Assembly: GCA_046757165.1 (NCBI GenBank)
Contig: JBHHXT010000002.1
Coordinates: 32,001-96,000 of the forward strand
Direction: 5' to 3'
DNA: 64,000 nt
Source of the DNA: a bacterium
Lineage (GTDB): Bacteria; Zhuqueibacterota; Zhuqueibacteria; Oceanimicrobiales; Oceanimicrobiaceae
A program made the position numbers and the translations under genes. How positions within the stretch are numbered: the first letter of the stretch is position 1; every line of letters starts with the position of its first letter. Shown here piece after piece: positions 10,223 to 20,520 of this stretch. Under the pieces are notes generated by a model. That model saw nothing but the letters and a program-made list of their open reading frames with translations, did no database searches and was not told where the DNA came from.

Positions 10223-10957
10223 CTAAATCAAGAGCCTCCCACCATCCACAGCGATCACCTCCCCCGTAATGTAGTCGCTTCCCTGGATCAGAAAAAGAAT
10301 CGTGCTGAGGACATCCCGGGGCGAGCCGATTCTTTTCAGCAGAGTCGCCTGCCGGATGGCCTCTTTGTCGGCCTGCGAGGCATTCTCTGCCATGAGGACC
10401 GTACCTGAGGCCACGGCGTTGACTTGAATCTGAGGCGCCAACGCCTTCGCCAGCCCCTTCGTTATCGCAATCAAACCGGCCTTGGTTGTGCAATAGGGAA
10501 TGAAATCTGGCCAGGGCAAGATTCCTGCAACGTCGGTGATGTTGATGATCTTGCCAGCGTTTTGCTCGAGCATGTGCCGCGCCGCCAACGTGGCACAGAA
10601 GTACGCCGCCTTCAGATTGACCGCGAACAACTCATCCCACTGCTCTTCGGTTGTGTCCAACACCGGTGTCTTGAAATAGAGGGCCGCATTGTTGATCAGA
10701 ACGTCGATTCGCTTGAATTCTTCATAACACGCCTCCAGAACACGTTCGATCTGATGAAAGTGTGAGAGGTCGCCCTGAATCAGAAACGCCTCCTGGCCGG
10801 CGGCGCGAATCCTGGCCAGGGTCTCATGCGCGCCATCTGCTGACTGGTTGTAATGGATGGCGACTTTGGCGCCCTTCTTTGCCAGCCCCAGTGAAATGGC
10901 CTGACCGACACGATGGGCACCCCCCGTGACCAGCACAACCTTCCCGCTAAGATCCAT
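10223..10957 (-). CDS. SDR oxidoreductase, pteridine reductase/FolM-like
   Basis: TGGAHRVG, NNA, YCTTK catalytic motif and VDGG. Confidence 0.85.
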   Translation of the reverse strand: MDLSGKVVLVTGGAHRVGQAISLGLAKKGAKVAIHYNQSADGAHETLARIRAAGQEAFLIQGDLSHFHQIERVLEACYEEFKRIDVLINNAALYFKTPVLDTTEEQWDELFAVNLKAAYFCATLAARHMLEQNAGKIINITDVAGILPWPDFIPYCTTKAGLIAITKGLAKALAPQIQVNAVASGTVLMAENASQADKEAIRQATLLKRIGSPRDVLSTILFLIQGSDYITGEVIAVDGGRLLI

Positions 10958-10965
10958 TCACCGCC

Positions 10966-11283
10966 TCAAGTCAGCCCGTTTGTTTGCAAGGTGTCTCCGG
11001 CGGCGTATTCGATCTCCAGGACAGTGTTCTTCAGCCGGTTGGCCAGGTCCTTTCTATCATCGACCAGGATGTTGGTCACAACACGGTCGGCGAAGTTTCT
11101 TATCTCATCATGGCATTTTTTGATCAGCGCCATGACCTCGTCCCACTCCCCTTCAATGATGGTTCCCATAGAAGTCAACTGATAGTGCAGCTCACTTTTA
11201 TCGATGATTCCGGCAACCCTGGCCTGCAGCTCCTTTGTTTCCTCGCCTGTGCCGACAGGCGTTACGGAGACCTGAACAAGCAT
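10966..11283 (-). CDS. MTH1187/YkoF family thiamine-binding protein
   Basis: SVTPVG...YQLTSMGTIIEGEWDEVM...RV...DDR pattern. Confidence 0.85.
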   Translation of the reverse strand: MLVQVSVTPVGTGEETKELQARVAGIIDKSELHYQLTSMGTIIEGEWDEVMALIKKCHDEIRNFADRVVTNILVDDRKDLANRLKNTVLEIEYAAGDTLQTNGLT

Positions 11284-11337
11284 TTCAAAATCCTTATATA
11301 AGTTACTAAAATTAATACCATTTAGGCAACGAGCGAA

Positions 11338-11365
11338 AATATATGAAAAATTGTGAGAATGTCAA
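11338..11365 (-). promoter_or_regulatory. sigma70-type promoter for the MTH1187-SDR pair
   Basis: Minus strand reads TTGACA-N16-TATATT. Confidence 0.55.
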
Positions 11366-11397
11366 GCCAAAAAATCGTCACGCCAGCAATTAAAATA

Positions 11398-11426
11398 TTG
11401 ACATTCCACGGACGAATTTATATATT
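11398..11426 (+). promoter_or_regulatory. sigma70-type promoter
   Basis: TTGACA-N17-TATATT in a divergent intergenic region. Confidence 0.7.
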
Positions 11427-11661
11427 GTTTTTTCGTCTACCTGTCGAAATTCCGGTTTGTCGTGATGGTGAGGAGGGGAAATGAATCCGAGACATCAGTT
11501 GCAGCGGCGAAGTCAACGACTCTTGTCAACGGAGGTGTCACCGCAGTCGTTCTGGCTGAATTCCGGCACCGGAACATAAGATCATTCAACATGAGACTCA
11601 GTGTGCGTGAAAGAGTTCGACTCTTTGTTCGATCAAAGGCAGCAACCTGGCTGGGCAGCGG

Positions 11662-12387
11662 GTGAGGAAGGATGCGATATACGACTACTGGCATGAATCA
11701 CGCGGATTTCCGCATAGCGTAGTTCTTGTAACACCGCTTTGGATTCTCTATGAAGTTACAGCCTTCCGCTTGAACCACGGCCTGGACGGAAGCCTGAGGA
11801 CCGGCGTCGATTACCTGATCCGAATATGCTGGAGTGAGTTGAGGCTACCGCTGGAGCTCTCCGTTTGTTTGCCTGCCAGTTTTCTTTTGCTCTTTTTTTC
11901 CAGGAAAACCAACAGAACAAAAATCGTAACCGTGAGGCCGGTGTTTTTTGCTGTGATGGTTCTGGAAAGTCTGTTTCACGCTGCTGTCTTTGGATGGGTT
12001 GTTGGGACTGCCATGAACCTGTTTTTGACGCAAACGTCAATTCATGTCAATTCATCCAACGTGGCAGCGCTGGTCATCAATCTGGGCTCCGGTGTATTTG
12101 AAGAGTTGGTCTTTCGGGTGCTCTTGCTGGTATCGGTGGTCTACTTGCTCAGGAGCATCACAAACAGAAGGACACTCATTTATGTCGTTGCGGTTGCTCT
12201 TAGTTCCGTGTTGTTTTCTCTGTTTCACTATCTGGAGATTTTCAAGGAAGTCTTCGAGTGGCGTTCCTTCTTTTTCCGTTGTCTGGCGGGCGCAGCATTT
12301 TCGATTCTGTTCATTTTGCGAGGCTATGGTATCACGGCCTACGTACATTCTTTTTATAATGTATTTCTCATGTTCAGGGCAAGTTGA
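11662..12387 (+). CDS. CPBP (CAAX/Abi) family intramembrane protease
   Basis: FEELVFR, FSLFH and HSFYN motifs; multi-pass hydrophobic. Confidence 0.85.
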   Translation: MRKDAIYDYWHESRGFPHSVVLVTPLWILYEVTAFRLNHGLDGSLRTGVDYLIRICWSELRLPLELSVCLPASFLLLFFSRKTNRTKIVTVRPVFFAVMVLESLFHAAVFGWVVGTAMNLFLTQTSIHVNSSNVAALVINLGSGVFEELVFRVLLLVSVVYLLRSITNRRTLIYVVAVALSSVLFSLFHYLEIFKEVFEWRSFFFRCLAGAAFSILFILRGYGITAYVHSFYNVFLMFRAS

Positions 12388-12396
12388 TCCCGAGCC

Positions 12397-13431
12397 ATGA
12401 CCGGACGAACTTCACGCATGCTCCTGCTCGGGGGCGTTTTGAGCATTCTACTTGTGCTTTTTGGATGGATTCTTTTTTCCCCGGTCGTCACGGGCGATGA
12501 GCAAACCAGGCATGCTGTCGAGATTCAGCGCGGGTTGTCATTCGATCGTATTATGCAATTACTCAGGATTGAAGACATCATCCAACACGATTTCAAGCCG
12601 CGGTTCGTCGCTCGCGTCCTCGGGCTACGTTCCAAACTGAAAGCCGGCAGGTACGAGCTCGAGGGGGGGCTTTCAAGTTATCGATTGCTGCGCAAATTGG
12701 TGGCGGGTGAGGTAACCAACATCACCGTCACGATTCCTGAAGGGTTGCAATCGCGTCAAATCGCTGCGCTGCTGGCAAAGGAGGTGGGGTTGGATTCTGC
12801 AAGTTTTGTGGCTCTCGTCAATGATGTGGAATTTACCAGCCAGCTCGGGGTCCAGGCCACGAGTTTGGAGGGGTTCTTGTTCCCGAACACGTATCGGTTG
12901 CCCTTCGGAATAACGCCGCAGCGCGTGATTCGTCTCCTGGTGCACGAATTTCACAGACAGTTTAACGATTCCCTGCGCTCCCGTGCGCTGCAAGGCAAGT
13001 ACTCTTTGCTGGAGCTTGTCACGCTGGCTTCCATTATTGAAGGCGAAGCAGTGATAGACTCCGAGCGCCCGATAATTTCCGCGGTCTATCGAAACAGGTT
13101 GAGGAGAGGCATGCGGCTTCAGGCCGACCCGACGATTCAGTACATTGTCAACGACGGCCCCCGGCGGTTGCTCAAGAAAGACCTGGCGATAGATTCACCG
13201 TACAACACGTACAAGTATTCAGGCTTGCCTCCCGGGCCTATCAACAACCCGGGGCTGGCTTCCCTGATGGCAAGCTTCAATCCAGCAAAGGTCGGGTACC
13301 TTTATTTTGTCGCCAACGGCGATGGTTCGCATACATTTTCTAAAACCCTGACAGAGCATCTGCGTGCCAAGGCCAAATTTGACCGTTATCGGCGTGATGT
13401 CAGCAGAGCGAAACGGGGCAAAAAGCGATAA
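12397..13431 (+). CDS. mltG: Endolytic transglycosylase MltG
   Basis: TIPEG, LEGFLFPNTY, LASIIEGE, LQADPT, SPYNTY and GLPPGPI. Confidence 0.95.
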   Translation: MTGRTSRMLLLGGVLSILLVLFGWILFSPVVTGDEQTRHAVEIQRGLSFDRIMQLLRIEDIIQHDFKPRFVARVLGLRSKLKAGRYELEGGLSSYRLLRKLVAGEVTNITVTIPEGLQSRQIAALLAKEVGLDSASFVALVNDVEFTSQLGVQATSLEGFLFPNTYRLPFGITPQRVIRLLVHEFHRQFNDSLRSRALQGKYSLLELVTLASIIEGEAVIDSERPIISAVYRNRLRRGMRLQADPTIQYIVNDGPRRLLKKDLAIDSPYNTYKYSGLPPGPINNPGLASLMASFNPAKVGYLYFVANGDGSHTFSKTLTEHLRAKAKFDRYRRDVSRAKRGKKR

Positions 13432-13434
13432 CTC

Positions 13435-15651
13435 ATGAGGAAGTCGATGGAGGAGGGAAAGCGTCACTTGTTAGACGACCTGAACGGCGTGCAGCGTGCC
13501 GCGGTTCAGCATATTGACGGCCCGGTGCTGATCCATGCCGGCGCCGGCAGCGGCAAAACGCGCGTCTTGACCTATCGCGTGGTCCATCTGATTGAAAATG
13601 TGGGGGTGAAGCCGTGGGAAATTCTGGCTGTGACCTTCACCAACAAGGCCGCCAGTGAGATGAAACAACGCATTCTCGACCTCTCGAGTGGCTTCGGCAA
13701 AGAGATCTGGATTGGGACCTTCCACTCTGTCTGTGCCAGGATTCTGAGAAGGGAAGGCGATAAACTCGGGTACGGCAGGAATTTCTTGATCTTCGACCGT
13801 GACGACCAGATGCGATTTATCAAGTATGTGATGAAGGAATATTATATTTCTGAGAAACAATATTCCCCTGAGACCATCCTGTCCTGTATCAATGGGGCCA
13901 AAAGCACCTTCGTGACCCCGAGCCAGTACGAGTCAATCGCCAGAGCCCCTTTTGAAAAGACAGCAGCCCTGGTCTATTCCCAATATCAGAGGCTGATGAA
14001 AGAGAACAACACCATGGATTTTGACGACTTGCTGGTCAACACCATCCTGGTGTTTCAAAAGCAGCCCGAGGTATTGGAGCACTATCAAAACAAGTTCAAG
14101 CACGTCCTGGTGGATGAATATCAGGACACCAACCATACGCAGTACTTACTACTCAACAAACTGGCCGCAAAACATAAGAATTTGTGCGTCGTCGGAGATG
14201 ATGACCAATCCATCTATCGTTGGCGGGGTGCTGACATCAAGAACATCTTGAACATTGAAAAGGACTATCCGGGTTGCAAAGTTTATCGCCTGGAGCAAAA
14301 CTATCGTTCGACCAAGCATATCTTGCACGTCGCCAACTCTGTGGTGCAAAAGAATCTACAGAGAAGAGAGAAGGCACTCTGGACCGACAACCAGAATGGG
14401 GAGAAGGTCACTCTGGTTGACCTGGATGATCATATTTCTGAAGCGCTTTATATCGTCACGTCTATCAAGGATGAGCTTCATCGAAATACACGCAATTTCA
14501 ACCATTTCGTTGTCTTGTACCGAACAAACGCACAGTCGAGAGTTATCGAAGAGACGTTGCGGACCGCGGGAATTCCGTATGTCATTGTCGGAGGCGTGCG
14601 CTTCTATGAGCGCAAGGAGATTAAAGACGTGTTGGCCTACCTCCGCCTGGTCTGCAACCCGAAAGATTCCATTAGCTTCAAACGCGTTGTCAATTTGCCA
14701 CTGAGAGGAATTGGGGAGTCATCGGTGAATCGACTGGCTGCGTACGCGAAGAAAGAAGGAGTTTCCCTGCTTGAAGCCGCCGGTCGCGTGGAAGAGATTA
14801 CGACCATTGCTCCGCGCATCAGAAAAAACATTCTTGATTTCTATCGCCTGATCGACAAGTATGCGACGCTGAGAAGCGAATTCTCGCCCGGAGAATTGGC
14901 GCGTGCCGTGGTTGATGAGATCGGCATTCTCAGAACGTTCAAAGAGATAGCAACCGAGAAATCTTTGGGCCGGGCAGAGAACGTTCGCGAGCTGCTTTCC
15001 GCCGTCGCTAACTATGCCAAGCGAAACAAAACAAAGCGCCTGGAAGACTTCCTCGAGGAGGTCACCTTGATCTCGGATATTGATAGCTGGGATGACAGGT
15101 CAAACGCCATCACGTTGATGACCTTGCATAGCGCGAAAGGACTCGAATTTCCGGTGGTCTACATCACGGGCCTGGAAGAGGGACTTTTCCCGCTGAGCCG
15201 CACCCTTACAAGCGATGACGAGCTGGAGGAAGAACGCCGCCTGTTCTACGTCGGCGCAACACGTGCGAAAGAAAAACTGTTCTTGACCTGGGCCGCGCGG
15301 CGATTGAAATTTGGCGAGTATTATCAAAATTTGCCGTCAAGGTTCCTCAAGGAAATCAACCATGATTTCCTCGTGCGCCACAATCTGACAAGCGGGGCTG
15401 AAACATCTGAACGGCAGCCCCGCAAGTCTACGCATGCCAGGGCGGCGGATGTGACATTGACCTACGATGACTTCTCCCGGGACTTACCACCATTGTATGT
15501 CGGCTGCGAAGTGAAACATCCGAGGTTTGGTATCGGTAAGGTCATCAGCAGACAGGGGGAGGGGGAAAATATGAAAATCACGGTGAAATTTTATCAGGCT
15601 GGCGAGAAGCGATTGCTGGTCAAGTATGCCAACCTCGAGAGAACATATTAG
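13435..15651 (+). CDS. pcrA: ATP-dependent DNA helicase PcrA/UvrD
   Basis: AGAGSGKT, VDEYQDTN, GDDDQSIYRWRGA, LEQNYRST, TLHSAKGLEF and EEERRLFYVG. Confidence 0.95.
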   Translation: MRKSMEEGKRHLLDDLNGVQRAAVQHIDGPVLIHAGAGSGKTRVLTYRVVHLIENVGVKPWEILAVTFTNKAASEMKQRILDLSSGFGKEIWIGTFHSVCARILRREGDKLGYGRNFLIFDRDDQMRFIKYVMKEYYISEKQYSPETILSCINGAKSTFVTPSQYESIARAPFEKTAALVYSQYQRLMKENNTMDFDDLLVNTILVFQKQPEVLEHYQNKFKHVLVDEYQDTNHTQYLLLNKLAAKHKNLCVVGDDDQSIYRWRGADIKNILNIEKDYPGCKVYRLEQNYRSTKHILHVANSVVQKNLQRREKALWTDNQNGEKVTLVDLDDHISEALYIVTSIKDELHRNTRNFNHFVVLYRTNAQSRVIEETLRTAGIPYVIVGGVRFYERKEIKDVLAYLRLVCNPKDSISFKRVVNLPLRGIGESSVNRLAAYAKKEGVSLLEAAGRVEEITTIAPRIRKNILDFYRLIDKYATLRSEFSPGELARAVVDEIGILRTFKEIATEKSLGRAENVRELLSAVANYAKRNKTKRLEDFLEEVTLISDIDSWDDRSNAITLMTLHSAKGLEFPVVYITGLEEGLFPLSRTLTSDDELEEERRLFYVGATRAKEKLFLTWAARRLKFGEYYQNLPSRFLKEINHDFLVRHNLTSGAETSERQPRKSTHARAADVTLTYDDFSRDLPPLYVGCEVKHPRFGIGKVISRQGEGENMKITVKFYQAGEKRLLVKYANLERTY

Positions 15652-15664
15652 TGTGGACGGACTC

Positions 15665-18600
15665 ATGGAAGCCATCAAGAACATCGTTTTCACCCTGCTT
15701 ATCCTCAGCGCAGGCAATCCGAAGGCGGTCTGGACCCAAATAACGAACCCTGAAAGAGAATTTCTCTTTGCGCAGAAATTGTATGAAGACCAGCTATTTT
15801 CACTTGCAAGCCAGCAGTTTGAAGCGTTCGCAAATAGATTTCCGAACAGTGAGCATGCAGACGACGCGCTCTTCCTGAGCGGCGAATCATACTACGCAAT
15901 TTCAGATTTCAACAATGGGTTTGAAGTGCTGAAAGAGCTGGAGCTGTCTTACCCGCAATCCACCTATCTGCCTCGGGCAAGATTTCTACTGGCACGGTGT
16001 CAACTGGGCTTGCAGGATTTTGCCGCCGCCGGTGAGCTGTTCAAGAGAGTGGCCTACTTTCATCCGCAAAGCGACGTGACCGCTGCTGCGCTCCTCGAGG
16101 CTGGCCGGGCGTTCAAGAGATCGAACGATTTGCAGGCAGCCCTCACGGCGCTTGTGCAGCTCACCAGAGATTACCCTGATTCCCCACAAAGGATCGAAGC
16201 GGACCTCGAGATTGTCGACGCCTTCGTGGCGAACGGTGACTTGTCGGAAGCAGTGGCCCGAATCGATGGTATCCTGCGAGTATTCGGCCCGGATATCAAA
16301 GACCCGCGGGTCTATTGGATGCGGGGTCAGATATTCGAGAAATTAGGGCAAACCCAGGAGGCGGAAGCCATCTATCTGAAGCTCGCTCAGGACTTTGACA
16401 CGAGCCCGCAGGCCCGTCTGGCGAATTACCGCCTGGCAGAAATTTACCAGAAAAAAGGCGACTATGAAAGAGCGCTTCAGCAGTACGATCTCTTCTTGAG
16501 CGTCGAGACGGATGCCACACTGAAAGCCAGCGCGTATTTGAGAAAGGGCGATCTGCTTTTCGACACCCGGAACTATGAGGCGGCTCTGAGCCACTACCGG
16601 CAGGCCGACAGTCTCGGAGCAGCGAGCCATCGCCAGGAGATCTCGTTCAAGCGTGCGCAAGCTCTGCTGGCCTTGCATGATCTCGAGGCTGCCGCGACCA
16701 CCCTGCAGGGCATGGTCGAGAACAGCGTCCGTGCTGCGGATGAACTTGAAGCGGAGAGGAGAGGCGACGACACGAGTGATTTTGTCGAAGCGGCCTATTG
16801 CGCCCTGATCGAAACACGGGTCGAATTGGGCCAGCCCCGGAGCGCTCTCAGGCGCATCAAAGAGTATGAGGTGAACTTCCCTGCCGGTAGCAAGCTCGAG
16901 TGGATGGCCTTTCAGACCGCGGCGATTCTCGAAGCAGAGCTGCATGATTTCACCCGAGCGCAACGCGCGTATGAGAGATTCATGGAGGTGTACCCGGGTA
17001 GCCCGATGGTCGATGAAGCCCAATTTGGTCTGGCGCAATGCTATCTCAGACTCAGGGAGTACAGGTTAGCTCAGCATGAATTCGATAAGTATCTCCGCCG
17101 TTATCCGGGTGGGGATACTTATGAGGCGGCCGCGGCCAGGCAAGAAATCATCGAAGAAACCGTCAACCCTGGCTCTGGCACTGAGCTGCGGGAGGTTTCG
17201 GTTTTGCTCGCTCAAATTGCACGCAATGAAAAGCCGAGGAGTCTGGAGTTCGAGTTGGGAAAAATCTATCTAAAAACAAAAAATTATGAACAGGCAATCG
17301 CGACGTGCAAAGCGATTCTTGCCAACAACGACAATGATGACATTCGGGCGGACGTCTACTACATCCTCGGCAAGTCCTATTTCCAGGCTGCCGAAAGAGC
17401 AAAATTACATGAGGATTCAGTGCTGACCCGGACATATTATGATAGCGCTGCCATCAGCCTGAGGTTTGCCAGCGAAATCCTGCCGGACCATGCTGAGGCG
17501 GAAGAGTTGGCCTATCTTCAGGCGAGAGCAAGGCTGGCAACACAAGACAGCGCTGCGAGACAGGAGAGGTTGCAGCGATTGCTGGCATGGCCCTTGAAGT
17601 TTCCCGGGGGAAAACATCTCGACTTCGCCTGGTTAGAAATCGCCGAGCACCATTTCAGAACCGCCAACGAAAACGACACCACCGGACTTGATTCCGCCCG
17701 GATCTACTACGATCGCATCCTGAGCGAGAAGCCAACGAGCGCCCTGGCAGAGAAGGCGATGTTCGGCCGCGTGCTTTGTTCCAGCCGCCTGGAGGCCGAT
17801 TCGGTTTCTCTGGCGCAAATTGACACGTTTACGGCGCACTACCCACGCAGCCATTTTGTGCCTCAGCTTCTGCTGGTGAGAGCAGAGATAAATCGTAGAG
17901 CAGGCGACCTGGCAGCCGCCCGCCGCGACCTGGGCCGGGTGCATGCCGAGTATTTCTATTCGCCGCAGGCGCAAGAGGCAAAACGAAGACTAGCTGAGCT
18001 GGAATTCGAGGCCGGGGATTTTCGATCCGCGCTTGACCTTTACAATCGCATCGAGCTTGATCTGCTGGGAGCGGGACATGCTGCCCCCGACACGGATGCC
18101 GGCATCGTGCCATTCAGGCAGGCCATGGCGCTTGAAAGACTCGGACTTCATTCGCACGCCCTCAGACGCTACCTGAAGTTCATAGATAGGCAGCCGCAAA
18201 GTCCCGAGGCGGTGCAGGCGAGAATGGCGATCGCACGAATCGCAGAACAACAGGGCAATCTCACGTTTGCGATGCAGTTTTACGAACGGATTCTTGCCCA
18301 AAGCACGACGGACGACGACAAGTATGCCGCAAATATGGCCATCGGTGACCTGCTCTTTAAGCAAAGATCCTACCAGGACGCCCTCGCTCACTACACAGCG
18401 GCACGGGCTGCGACACTCGAGCCCGCCAGACAGAGACGAGCGGAAAGTCAGGTGATCCGGTGCAAATACAAGATGCGGCAATTTGCCGCCGCCGATGCGG
18501 ATGTTAAACAGTTCAAAAAGAGATTTGAAGGCACGGCTCAGGAGGAGGCGCAGTTCTTGTTAGAAAAGGCCAACGCATACAAGACTAACAAGAACTTTGA

Positions 18601-19411
18601 GTTCGCGAGAAAGGCTTTCAAGAAGTTGAAAAAGGATTACAAGAACACGGAGTGGGCCGCTCAGGGAGAGTTCGGGCTTGGGGCCGTCGATTTGATCACC
18701 AATCACACCGAGGAGGCGCTCGAGATTCTTACGGATATCCCGTTACGCTATCCGGATAGTGCGGTGACTCCCCTGGCCTATTTCAACCTGGGGGACTTTT
18801 ATTACAAATCGCAACAGGTCGAAAACGCGATTCATGCCTTCAAGAAGACGCTCGAGCATCAAAAAGCGGGCGAATACCATTCAAAGGCGCTGCTTTATTT
18901 GATCGATTGCTACCGTGATGCGAGTCTCTGGGATCAGGCCATTGCCAGGACACGCGAGTACTTGCGCAAATACCCGGAGTCGGAGCACGCGTTTCGCAAG
19001 AAGATCGATTTGGCGCAGCTCCTGATGAAAGTGAAAGAATACAACCGGGCGATAGACCAGCTCGAGTTGTTGCTCCCCTATGCCCCTGATGAGTTTGAGG
19101 CGGAGATTCAATTCTACATTGCGCAATGTTACAAAGAGATGGGCGATTTCACGCGCGCGACCGCTGAATTTCTAAAAGTCAAATACTTGACCCAGCCGTC
19201 GAAGTTGCCATGGCACGTCACCGCGTTGTTCGAAACCGGCAGGTGTTTCTTGAAATTGAAAGAAGTCGAGCAAGCGAAGAAGATATTCCGGAGGATTGTG
19301 AGAGAGCAGGGGACCGGGAGCAATTTTGGCCGGTTCGCCGTCAAACAGTTGCAGGAGCTCGAAAGCAACCACACCGCCACTTCTTCCAACGGAGATCTTC
19401 CGCCACGGTAG
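15665..19411 (+). CDS. Large secreted tetratricopeptide-repeat protein
   Basis: Signal-like N-terminus from ATG 15665; many TPR units of the 'YP.S...A.F.LG' (YbgF/BamD-like) type. Confidence 0.85.
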   Translation: MEAIKNIVFTLLILSAGNPKAVWTQITNPEREFLFAQKLYEDQLFSLASQQFEAFANRFPNSEHADDALFLSGESYYAISDFNNGFEVLKELELSYPQSTYLPRARFLLARCQLGLQDFAAAGELFKRVAYFHPQSDVTAAALLEAGRAFKRSNDLQAALTALVQLTRDYPDSPQRIEADLEIVDAFVANGDLSEAVARIDGILRVFGPDIKDPRVYWMRGQIFEKLGQTQEAEAIYLKLAQDFDTSPQARLANYRLAEIYQKKGDYERALQQYDLFLSVETDATLKASAYLRKGDLLFDTRNYEAALSHYRQADSLGAASHRQEISFKRAQALLALHDLEAAATTLQGMVENSVRAADELEAERRGDDTSDFVEAAYCALIETRVELGQPRSALRRIKEYEVNFPAGSKLEWMAFQTAAILEAELHDFTRAQRAYERFMEVYPGSPMVDEAQFGLAQCYLRLREYRLAQHEFDKYLRRYPGGDTYEAAAARQEIIEETVNPGSGTELREVSVLLAQIARNEKPRSLEFELGKIYLKTKNYEQAIATCKAILANNDNDDIRADVYYILGKSYFQAAERAKLHEDSVLTRTYYDSAAISLRFASEILPDHAEAEELAYLQARARLATQDSAARQERLQRLLAWPLKFPGGKHLDFAWLEIAEHHFRTANENDTTGLDSARIYYDRILSEKPTSALAEKAMFGRVLCSSRLEADSVSLAQIDTFTAHYPRSHFVPQLLLVRAEINRRAGDLAAARRDLGRVHAEYFYSPQAQEAKRRLAELEFEAGDFRSALDLYNRIELDLLGAGHAAPDTDAGIVPFRQAMALERLGLHSHALRRYLKFIDRQPQSPEAVQARMAIARIAEQQGNLTFAMQFYERILAQSTTDDDKYAANMAIGDLLFKQRSYQDALAHYTAARAATLEPARQRRAESQVIRCKYKMRQFAAADADVKQFKKRFEGTAQEEAQFLLEKANAYKTNKNFEFARKAFKKLKKDYKNTEWAAQGEFGLGAVDLITNHTEEALEILTDIPLRYPDSAVTPLAYFNLGDFYYKSQQVENAIHAFKKTLEHQKAGEYHSKALLYLIDCYRDASLWDQAIARTREYLRKYPESEHAFRKKIDLAQLLMKVKEYNRAIDQLELLLPYAPDEFEAEIQFYIAQCYKEMGDFTRATAEFLKVKYLTQPSKLPWHVTALFETGRCFLKLKEVEQAKKIFRRIVREQGTGSNFGRFAVKQLQELESNHTATSSNGDLPPR

Positions 19412-19435
19412 CGCCGTGAGATGGAGAATTGACCG

Positions 19436-19810
19436 TTAGATGTGATTGTAACCCGCCCGTTGAGCTGACCAAATAGATAACGACTCTCTAAACCTTCTCG
19501 TAAGGTCGTCATTATGAGTTGAAATATACTCACTGAACTCAGTAAAACCTATTATATCTTTTCCATCACCAAAGGGTTGAAGATATACAACCTTACAATC
19601 ACATTCTCCTGGTCGAACGGATATTGAAGGAATGTATTTGCTGATTCCGACAAATGAATCCGAGTCGGCAATTTCATGGATTTGTGGCGGAACTCTGACC
19701 AATCCTATTTTTTCGAGTAGCCTAAGAAGATGATAGTACTTCCTTTTTGAGCTGGTGACGTGAAATATTTTGACCAACCCTGTAAGAACTTCAGAAAAGA
19801 GAAGATAAAT
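19436..19810 (-). pseudogene. AT-rich orphan reading frame, probable 5'-truncated gene remnant
   Basis: Protein-like 113-aa frame, open a further 11 codons to a TGA at 19811-19813. No ATG or SD; visibly AT-richer than flanks; antisense to neighbours. Confidence 0.45.
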
Positions 19811-19926
19811 TCAGACGCATTTTCAGTAGATTCTTTATTTGCCGAAAAACGGAATAAATTCTCTCTATCGCAGTATTATGTGTCAGGACTTAATCGTTAT
19901 CATTTATGCTCCAAAGCCGTGCAAAG

Positions 19927-20517
19927 ATGGATTCTACCAGGGACAAAGATGTATTGAGGTACGTCGAAAAAACGCTGGCGGGTGATTCGAGAGCTTTTGA
20001 ACGCATCATCAGCAGGTATCAAAAACGTGTTTACTTCACGATTTTGCAAATGGTGATGAACCATGAAGACGCCAACGATGTGGTGCAAGATACCTTCATC
20101 AAGGCGTACACCAAACTCAGTACTTTTGATGAGAAATATCCATTTTACCCGTGGTTGTACCGGATCGCCGTCAACACGGCTCTCAATCATCAAAAGAAAA
20201 AAGCCCGTTCGCGCGCCCTGTCTCTCGATGATTTGGATAACAACAACCATCATGCTGAGCTGGCCGAGTCGCCTCAGCAAATAGACAACATGGAGGGAAA
20301 TGAGCTGGTTCACAAGTTGCGGGAAGCGTTGGACAGGATACCTTATGAACAGCGAACGGTTTTTGTTTTGAGAGTAAATGAAGGGTTGAGTTACCAGGAG
20401 ATTAGCGACACGCTTGAAATTTCCATTGGCACTGTCATGTCCCGGTTGTCACGTGCACGCGAGAAACTAAAAAGCCTTTTACAGGCCTACCTGGAGACCA
20501 AAGATATAGAGGTTTAA
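19927..20517 (+). CDS. ECF RNA polymerase sigma factor (sigma-70 group 4)
   Basis: DANDVVQDTFIKAY and FYPWLYRIAVN (region 2); LSYQEISDTLEISIGTVMSRLSRAR (region 4). Confidence 0.93.
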   Translation: MDSTRDKDVLRYVEKTLAGDSRAFERIISRYQKRVYFTILQMVMNHEDANDVVQDTFIKAYTKLSTFDEKYPFYPWLYRIAVNTALNHQKKKARSRALSLDDLDNNNHHAELAESPQQIDNMEGNELVHKLREALDRIPYEQRTVFVLRVNEGLSYQEISDTLEISIGTVMSRLSRAREKLKSLLQAYLETKDIEV

Positions 20518-20520
20518 GCC

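Noticed and set aside
10154..10227. Imperfect inverted repeat between convergent genes
   Set aside because: The stem is short and loosely paired; it may be a terminator but is not supportable.
11440..11630. SAM-I riboswitch or 6S RNA
   Set aside because: Only superficial similarity (AATTCC...GGAA, long irregular stem); the core GCAACC/GUGC and 6S UGAACC/GGUUCA motifs are absent.
19822..19848. sigma28-like promoter (GCCGAAAA) before the ECF sigma
   Set aside because: The -35 match is weak.
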